Of a stretch of 13,905 bases of DNA, positions 8,404 to 13,905 are shown one piece after another; position 1 is the first letter of the stretch, and every line of letters begins with the position of its first letter. Made by a program: the position numbers and the translations under genes. The stretch comes from Armatimonadota bacterium. Lineage in GTDB: Bacteria > Armatimonadota > Zipacnadia > Zipacnadales > UBA5352. The stretch lies in NCBI GenBank assembly GCA_034722055.1, contig JAYENL010000047.1, forward strand, positions 1 through 13,905. The letters are read 5' to 3'. The notes below the pieces were generated by a model. It was given only the letters and a program-made list of their open reading frames with translations, made no database searches and had not been told where the DNA came from.

Positions 8404-11400
8404 TCAGCGTTCCTCCCGCGCCCAGATCTCGATCTCCGGGATGATCAGCCGCCGGCCCTCGTCGCGGGCGCCCACCTCCAGCCGCAGGTGCCGGACTGCC
8501 GGCGCGGCCTCGTCGAGATCTATCGTCACCGCCGGGAAGTCTGTGCGATCGGTCACCGAGCGCTTCTGGATCGCCCCCAGCTCCACCCACTCATCGCCCA
8601 CGCGGCCGACCACGCGCGTGTCCGGAAGCTGACCGTTGAACAGCAGCCAGATGCGGTCGAGGGGGTACTGCGCGCCCAGATCCATGGTGATCATCACCGG
8701 GTCGATGGTCTTCCAGCCGACGGCGAAGGCCCGCAGGTGCGCGGTATAGTCCTCGTCCTCATGCTCCACCGCCGACCGCCGGTCCATCAGATCGCCGTCT
8801 GAGAACGGGATGTCCTCCGCCCCACCCTCATCGGGACCCAGGTCGGGCGGGACGGAGTAGCTGTAGCGACCCTCGACCGCAAGGTCTGCCATCGGGATCA
8901 TCTCGTTGGTGTCCCACACGACGTAGTTGTTCGTCAGGCATCTGCCCGGTGGCGCCGCGATGCTGGCCTCAGGCACCGGCGGGAAGGTGAAGCGCCAGAT
9001 CGGCAGGTCCACGCCCTCGTCAAAAAAGGCGTGCAGATCGCGCCAGAAGCGCTGCCAGGCGCCGGACTGAAGCGCCTTCTGGTGCATGGGGTCGAAGCCG
9101 AAGCCATAGACCTCGCCCTCGCCCAGCGGCCGGATGGCGGCCGCCACCGAGCCGTCCTCGTAAGTCAGCAGCGCCCGGTCGCCGTCCGCAAGCTGCAGGG
9201 CGGCCCCCTGCCCGAATACCGGCGCCGCGTCCCCGGCAGGCACCGGTGAGACGCTCTCGCGATCCGCCGGCTCCGACATGCTGGGGAACAGCCGCGCCCG
9301 CAGGTCGTCCATGCGCGATCCGTCCAGGTGCCAGGTGAAGGCCGCCGGCTCAGTCACCACCAACGTACCGCCCCCCTCCACCCAGGTGACCAGTGCCTCA
9401 ACGATCCCCCGCCGCTGGTACTGGGTCTTGGGGACATAGATCACGGAGAAGTCCGACAGGTCGATCTCGTCACGTCCGATCTGGTTGTCGCTGATGACGG
9501 TGAACCAGCCGCCCGCGTAGGGGCCCAGCAGGTTGAACATCCAGCGGTACTGGTCACTTCCCTGCCGGCCGCCGAGGAACTGTGCCATGTAGGCATCGTT
9601 GGAGAAGAGGATCGCCGCCCGCGAGTCAGGCAGGCTCGGTCGGTCGATCTGGCGGCTGTGATCCAGCACACCCATGACAGTGCGCCACCGCGGCCAGGAG
9701 CCGAAGCGGTCGAGGACCATATCGTGCGGCGTGCGCCCTCCAGCCGTGTCCGGCATGTAGAGGTGGAAGCCCTCGCCCCCGCCCCGGTAGACCTCGCTCA
9801 TCAGCTCCCGCACCTCGTCCGGGCGGAAGCTGTTGGCGTAGTTCTCCACGTGCACGCACGGCATGGTGGCGGCGCCGGAGAGGTCACGCAGGGTCTTCGT
9901 GATCCAGGCCACGTCCTGCTCGTGCGGCCCGCGGGGGTAGCATTGGTGGGTGACGATCTCGCACCAGCGGCCGTAGCCGGAGTAGTCGAAGGGCTGCACC
10001 TGCGCCACCGGATCGGGGCCGATGACCAGCAGGTCCTCGTCAACGGATTTCACGGTCTCATAGATGCGCCTCTGGAAGTCGGCGAAGCGGTGGTTGTACC
10101 AGCGGCGGTAGGCGATCCAGCGGAAGGGGTTGGGGTCGTCAAGGGACTCGGGGATGCCGAACGTCCCGTAGCCGAACTCCTCGCGCACCTTCCGATCGAC
10201 CTCGTCCATGAACGGGTAGGGATCGTCGTCGTAGTGCAGCGCCAGGCCGCGCTGGAAGTCGCTGTCCTGCACCTCGTCGCCCGTGCACACGCCCCACAGG
10301 TGATCGCCCCATTCGGTGGCGTAGTCACGCACGCGCTGCAGGTAGACCTGCTGGTTGTCCGGGTCCATCAGGTAGGCGGATCCGCCCTCGGTTGTGGGTT
10401 TGCCCTCGGCGTGCGCCCGACGGCTCCCCATGTGGATCATCGTCACGTCGTGCCGCGCGCAGTACTTGCGCGCCCCGAAGTTATCTCCCCCGAGCATGGT
10501 ACCGCCGTCGAAGTAGTGCAGCTTCCGGGCCGCGGCCTTGCGGTAGGTGTCCTCCAGAGTCCATGGCTGTGCGTGCTTGAGGCAGAAGGGCGCAATCTCG
10601 TAGGTTATCAGCTCATGCCCCCACATGAGCACGCCCTCGGCGCCCATCCCCGGCCCCTCCTCTCCGAACAGCTCCGCGAACACCGGGTCCTCGGTCTGCC
10701 ACACCCGGGGGAACTCCGTCTCCACGACCGGGACGGACGCCTGGTAGATGGTCTCGCCTCCCGCAATCATCTCAAAGCTCACCATCTCCCCCTCGGCCCC
10801 GGTGACCGCGTAGGGAAGCTCCACGACCTCGCCCGGGTCGGCGGTCGCGCTGTCGGTGAAGCTCTCGTCGCCGCCGGCTGCGACCGTCACGGAGGCCCTC
10901 ACGGCTGCCTCGTCGAGCCGCGCGCGCAGCGTGTTCGCCCCGTCAGCGTTGCCGGCGCGCGCAGCCATCCCCCGGCTGAGCACCCGCAGGCCCGTCTCGT
11001 GTGGGAAGAGCATGTCGCCGAAGGCCTCCGGCTGGGCGAAGCGCCCCTGCACGCCCGCCCATGAGCTGTACTCGCCACCGCCCGGGCGCCCGCGGCACAC
11101 GTTCAGGCCCCAGACCTCTCCCGCAACCGGCTGCACGCCGATGTTCGCCCAGGAGACGGCGGCCTCGATGCTCCAGCCCTCCTCCGCGTGCCGCCAGGCC
11201 GCCTGCGCGTCCGGCTCGATGTCGATGGTGGTGATGGCCGCGCCGCGCACCACGCCGAACTGCGCCGCCATCGCCCCCGCCGCGGTCACCCCCAGGTGCA
11301 GGAACGTCCGCTGATCGTGGTGGAAGTCCACGAAGACCTCCATCACGTCGTCGCGCCATACGCGCTTGCTTTCGGCCTCCACGGCCTCGGTTCGAAGCTG

Positions 11401-12276
11401 ATCCATGTTCGGCTCATCGGCGACGGCCGCCAGGTAAAGCGCCTGCGAGTCCCACGTCAGACGTACCTGCGTCTGCGCCTGTGCCGGGGCGTTGCCCCGG
11501 TTGAGCATGAAGTCGCGCAGGACCGGCGCCGCCTCCCAGACGGGATCGTCCAGCCGCCCGTCGAGGCGCGGTGCCTGGTCGGCGCGCACCATGGTGACCG
11601 AGGGCGGGCCGGGAGGCGTCTGGGCCTCCACTGCGCGCCCCTGCGCCATGTCGTAGAGGAAGAACCTGTTTGCGGACGGGTAGCGGTCGTTCGTCCACGT
11701 GTTGGGGCCCTCGATGCCATCGCGGATGCTCATCTGCACCTGCACGCCGATCACCTCAGTCGAGATGTTCAGCGGCTCGATGGGCACCCGGATCTCGATC
11801 TCCCGCCCGTCGGCGGAGTAGTGTCCCCGCGGCCCGTCGCTCCAGTCCGGGTGCCCCTCGTACCACAGGTAGGTCTCCCTGCCGTCCTCGGTGTAGCGGA
11901 CTACGTAGGTGTGGTTGAGGCCGCCGTCGGGGCGGGCGATCTGATTGGTGTAGTAGTCGGCGCGCGAGTCCCCGTCAACGTCCAGGACGATATAGCGCAT
12001 GTTCGCCCAGTAGCTGTCCTGCCACGCGTCCTGGGTCTCATCGGCAAAGGGGCGCTCGCGCGCGAAGCGGATGCGGAAGAACAGGTGCCGACCGTCGTGG
12101 GCGATCCAGAGGCGCTCCACCACGCCGAAGGGCGTCTCGGCGGCCTCGGCGACCTCAGCGGGCATCTCTATCGCCGCAGCGCCATCCCAGTCGGACATGT
12201 CGCCGTCGATGGTGATCGCGGCTGCAGGCCCGGCAGCGACGAGCGCGAGCAGCGTGGCGGCAGTCAGCGGGCGCAT
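8404..12276 (-). CDS. Large secreted modular carbohydrate-active protein: two DOMON/CBM9-like domains, GH42-like TIM barrel, GATase1-like (beta-galactosidase trimerisation-like) domain, C-terminal discoidin-like domain; 1290 aa
   Basis: Signal peptide; 'ITIDGDMSDW'; 'APRLDGRLDDPVW...TQVRLTWDSQALYLA...VWRDDVMEVFVD...WGLNVCR'; 'CTGDEV' and 'VHVEN' as candidate catalytic glutamates; 'DLSDFSVIYVP...LVTWVEGGGTLVVT'; 'ITMDLGAQYPLDRI...IPEIEIW'. AAGGGA upstream of the ATG. Confidence 0.85.
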   Translation of the reverse strand: MRPLTAATLLALVAAGPAAAITIDGDMSDWDGAAAIEMPAEVAEAAETPFGVVERLWIAHDGRHLFFRIRFARERPFADETQDAWQDSYWANMRYIVLDVDGDSRADYYTNQIARPDGGLNHTYVVRYTEDGRETYLWYEGHPDWSDGPRGHYSADGREIEIRVPIEPLNISTEVIGVQVQMSIRDGIEGPNTWTNDRYPSANRFFLYDMAQGRAVEAQTPPGPPSVTMVRADQAPRLDGRLDDPVWEAAPVLRDFMLNRGNAPAQAQTQVRLTWDSQALYLAAVADEPNMDQLRTEAVEAESKRVWRDDVMEVFVDFHHDQRTFLHLGVTAAGAMAAQFGVVRGAAITTIDIEPDAQAAWRHAEEGWSIEAAVSWANIGVQPVAGEVWGLNVCRGRPGGGEYSSWAGVQGRFAQPEAFGDMLFPHETGLRVLSRGMAARAGNADGANTLRARLDEAAVRASVTVAAGGDESFTDSATADPGEVVELPYAVTGAEGEMVSFEMIAGGETIYQASVPVVETEFPRVWQTEDPVFAELFGEEGPGMGAEGVLMWGHELITYEIAPFCLKHAQPWTLEDTYRKAAARKLHYFDGGTMLGGDNFGARKYCARHDVTMIHMGSRRAHAEGKPTTEGGSAYLMDPDNQQVYLQRVRDYATEWGDHLWGVCTGDEVQDSDFQRGLALHYDDDPYPFMDEVDRKVREEFGYGTFGIPESLDDPNPFRWIAYRRWYNHRFADFQRRIYETVKSVDEDLLVIGPDPVAQVQPFDYSGYGRWCEIVTHQCYPRGPHEQDVAWITKTLRDLSGAATMPCVHVENYANSFRPDEVRELMSEVYRGGGEGFHLYMPDTAGGRTPHDMVLDRFGSWPRWRTVMGVLDHSRQIDRPSLPDSRAAILFSNDAYMAQFLGGRQGSDQYRWMFNLLGPYAGGWFTVISDNQIGRDEIDLSDFSVIYVPKTQYQRRGIVEALVTWVEGGGTLVVTEPAAFTWHLDGSRMDDLRARLFPSMSEPADRESVSPVPAGDAAPVFGQGAALQLADGDRALLTYEDGSVAAAIRPLGEGEVYGFGFDPMHQKALQSGAWQRFWRDLHAFFDEGVDLPIWRFTFPPVPEASIAAPPGRCLTNNYVVWDTNEMIPMADLAVEGRYSYSVPPDLGPDEGGAEDIPFSDGDLMDRRSAVEHEDEDYTAHLRAFAVGWKTIDPVMITMDLGAQYPLDRIWLLFNGQLPDTRVVGRVGDEWVELGAIQKRSVTDRTDFPAVTIDLDEAAPAVRHLRLEVGARDEGRRLIIPEIEIWAREER

Positions 12277-12576
12277 GGGTCCAACATCCCTTCAGTGCGA
12301 TAGTGTCTGCTTCCCGCACCCAAGCTCGGCCTCGGGCTCGGTGCGGTCTCTCCTGAGTTTATCTTCGCAATCCCGCAGCGCGGTATGACCAGGAGCACCG
12401 GCGTCACTTTGCGGTTTGATGACGAGCCATACATGGGGCCGGCCCCAGCGACCATCTGCGCGGCGCGCTGGGCGCCGACCTCCATGCTGCGTCCGGCGCC
12501 AGCAGGACGATGTTGTGGCCGCATCAGCGTTCGGCGCATCTGCGCCAGAAAGCAGTAGAATCTACTGTGTCACGTA

Positions 12577-12592
12577 GCACAAACGTTTGCGC
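12577..12592. promoter_or_regulatory. Putative LacI-family operator GCACAAACGTTTGCGC
   Basis: Perfect 10-bp palindrome CAAACGTTTG (12580-12589) with central CG and flanking A/T tracts typical of LacI/GalR sites, located at the predicted start site of the adjacent promoter. Confidence 0.55.
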
Positions 12593-12598
12593 ACGGGG

Positions 12599-12627
12599 AC
12601 ACTATCAACACGGTGAGAGGGAGTCAA
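12599..12627 (-). promoter_or_regulatory. Putative sigma70 promoter firing toward the 1290-aa gene
   Basis: Minus strand TTGACT (12627-12622), 17 bp spacer, TAGTGT (12604-12599) with extended -10 TG, in a locally AT-richer patch. Confidence 0.55.
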
Positions 12628-12734
12628 GTGTCACACGCAGTAATCGCGGACACGCTGCACACGAGGATGTTGCCGGGCAGGTCGCCCGAGGCGAGTGGCC
12701 TGCATACCGCGTCGAGTTGCGGGCGGTACGCGAG

Positions 12735-12995
12735 TTACGCGGCCTCGATCCGGCCCGTGGCATTGCGCAGGCGGTTCCCGCCCGCGGACACCGGCTCGAG
12801 CCCAAGCGCGCTGTTCAGGAATCCATAGAAGGCGCGATCGTTCTCGGCTACCTCGAGGACCTGCCCGAGACGCAAGATACTCCCCCAGCGCTTCAGGCGC
12901 CCATTCTGCTCCTGGGTGAGCTCTGCGCCCAATGCCGCCCCGAGCGCCCTCGCCATCTCGTCGCCGACAGCGGCCAGCTCAGCCTTGACGGGCAC
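12735..12995 (-). CDS. Small hypothetical protein or 3' gene remnant (~86 aa; start uncertain)
   Basis: Helical, protein-like composition with high GC3 (VPVKAELAAVGDEMARALGAALGAELTQEQNGRLKRWGSILRLGQVLEVAENDRAFYGFLNSALGL). The frame stays open and coding-like up to ~13060. No good RBS at GTG 12995 or ATG 12956. Confidence 0.4.
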   Translation of the reverse strand: MPVKAELAAVGDEMARALGAALGAELTQEQNGRLKRWGSILRLGQVLEVAENDRAFYGFLNSALGLEPVSAGGNRLRNATGRIEAA

Positions 12996-13080
12996 GAGGA
13001 GGTTCTCAGTGTGCGCTCTCTGGCTCTCAAAGTCACCGATGAGGGCGGAGATACCACTGGCGAAGCGGGGGAGAATGGGG

Positions 13081-13086
13081 TATAAT
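13081..13086 (+). promoter_or_regulatory. -10 box of the rnpB promoter
   Basis: Perfect TATAAT ending 8 nt before the P1 helix. The -35 (TGGCGA, 13058-13063, 17-bp spacing) is weak. Confidence 0.75.
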
Positions 13087-13094
13087 GATGTACG

Positions 13095-13689
13095 CGGAGA
13101 GTGTGTCGGGTGGTCGCGGGCGGACCTGAGGGTCCGCCTGAGGAAAGTCCGAGCTCCACAGGGCAGAGCGCTGGGTAACACCCAGGCGGAGCGATCCGAC
13201 GGAAAGTGGCACAGAAACATACCGCCCGCGCTCTCTTCCACTGCAATCGCACGATCGCGGGATGGTGTCTGCCGGGCGCTGGCGGCACGGCTGCCGCTGA
13301 GGACGAGCGCGCCGCCGCGGTGAGCTGCTGGTCCGGGGCGCGGGGCCTGGCATGATGGCTGAGGGCCCTGCTGACTGGTAGTGTTGAGGGAGGAGCCGGT
13401 CGCGACGGACAGCTCTTGGTGCGGCGCGTTGAGGCCGGTGGGCGATGGTGGTGTGATGGCAGTGGAAGGGAGCGTGGGTAAGGGTGAAATGGTGGGGTAA
13501 GAGCCCACCAGCGGCATGGTGACATGTCGGCTGGCCAAACCCCGCTTGGAGCAAGCCCGAATAGGGGAGCGATGAGGTGGCCCGCTGAGCTCCCGGGTAG
13601 GGCGCGTTGAGGCGTCTGGCAACAGGCGTCCGAGCTGAATGACCACCAGCCTTCCAGGCACAGAACTCGGCTTACGGACACGCTCTCCG
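13095..13689 (+). ncRNA. rnpB: Bacterial RNase P RNA, type A, with greatly extended P12
   Basis: GAGGAAAGTCCGAGCTC (13140-13156) and ACAGAACTCGGCTTA (13660-13674) form P4 with a compensatory A-U pair. P1 CGGAGAGTGTGTC/GACACGCTCTCCG. P3, P8, P9 (GCGA loop), ACAGAAA..ACCGCC, GGTAAGGGTGAAA, P13 GGTAAGAG loop, P14, GGAGCAAG, L15 GGU, P18 (GCAA loop) and a short P19 all occur in canonical order. Confidence 0.98.
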
Positions 13690-13696
13690 TGACAGC

Positions 13697-13728
13697 CTCT
13701 CTGCCGAAGTGTGAACGACGGCGGGGAG
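13697..13728 (+). other. GC-rich stem-loop immediately 3' of rnpB (processing or termination signal candidate)
   Basis: CTCTCTGCCG (13697-13706) pairs with CGGCGGGGAG (13719-13728), 10 bp with two G-U pairs. No adjacent U tract. Confidence 0.35.
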
Positions 13729-13905
13729 AGAGCGGAATGTAAGCCTCCGAAAGGTTTCGTTCTTCGGTTCGACCCCAAAACAGAAGACTCTGCACGTCCT
13801 GAGCACGATCTCCGCGCTGCTGCTCGCCCGCGCAACAGAAAGGGTGTGCACAGAAGTGCAGGAGACTCTGACCACACTGGCTCAGGACTTCTTCGTGTAC
13901 CTGGA

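Noticed and set aside
829..12303. Long plus-strand ORFs (829-3123, 5128-7278, 9328-11064, 11188-12303)
   Set aside because: Antisense shadows of high-GC3 minus-strand genes; Arg/His/Gln-rich with no recognisable motifs.
13256..13310. Fluoride (crcB) riboswitch-like words in the P12 insert (GATGGTGTCTGCC...GCTGAGGACG)
   Set aside because: The pseudoknot partner for GGTGT is missing (ACGAG rather than ACGCC/ACACC), and these bases pair better in the long P12 stem.
13342..13369. Box C/D-type K-turn or K-loop (ATGATG...CTGA) in the P12 insert
   Set aside because: Spacing does not give a 3-nt bulge next to a canonical stem; cannot be supported without covariation data.
13760..13790. tRNA suggested by GGTTCGACCCC
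   Set aside because: No 5-bp T-stem, acceptor stem or anticodon arm can be built around it.
12735..13877. 380-aa and 300-aa minus-strand ORFs across rnpB
   Set aside because: They are antisense to a clearly conserved RNase P RNA; only the part left of ~13060 looks coding.

Overview
GC-rich bacterial window. Gene style (large secreted TIM-barrel/CBM proteins) is reminiscent of Armatimonadota/PVC-type genomes; this is inference only. Four minus-strand genes: a secreted glycoside-hydrolase-like protein with C-terminal CBM (532-2598), a CPPC thioredoxin lipoprotein (3068-3586), a DUF2339-type membrane protein split by a 1-nt frameshift (4105-7922), and a 1290-aa CBM9/GH42-like secreted protein (8404-12276) with a candidate sigma70 promoter and LacI-type operator upstream. 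The plus strand carries a type A RNase P RNA (rnpB, ~13095-13689). The two most notable non-coding observations are (1) a ~256-nt branched P12 domain that makes this RNase P RNA ~595 nt long, and (2) eight GGAG-footed REP-like hairpins with an invariant GGGCCG/CGGCCC basal stem but variable branched interiors, arranged as a 274-bp tandem repeat (1-542) and an inverted pair (3795-4046).
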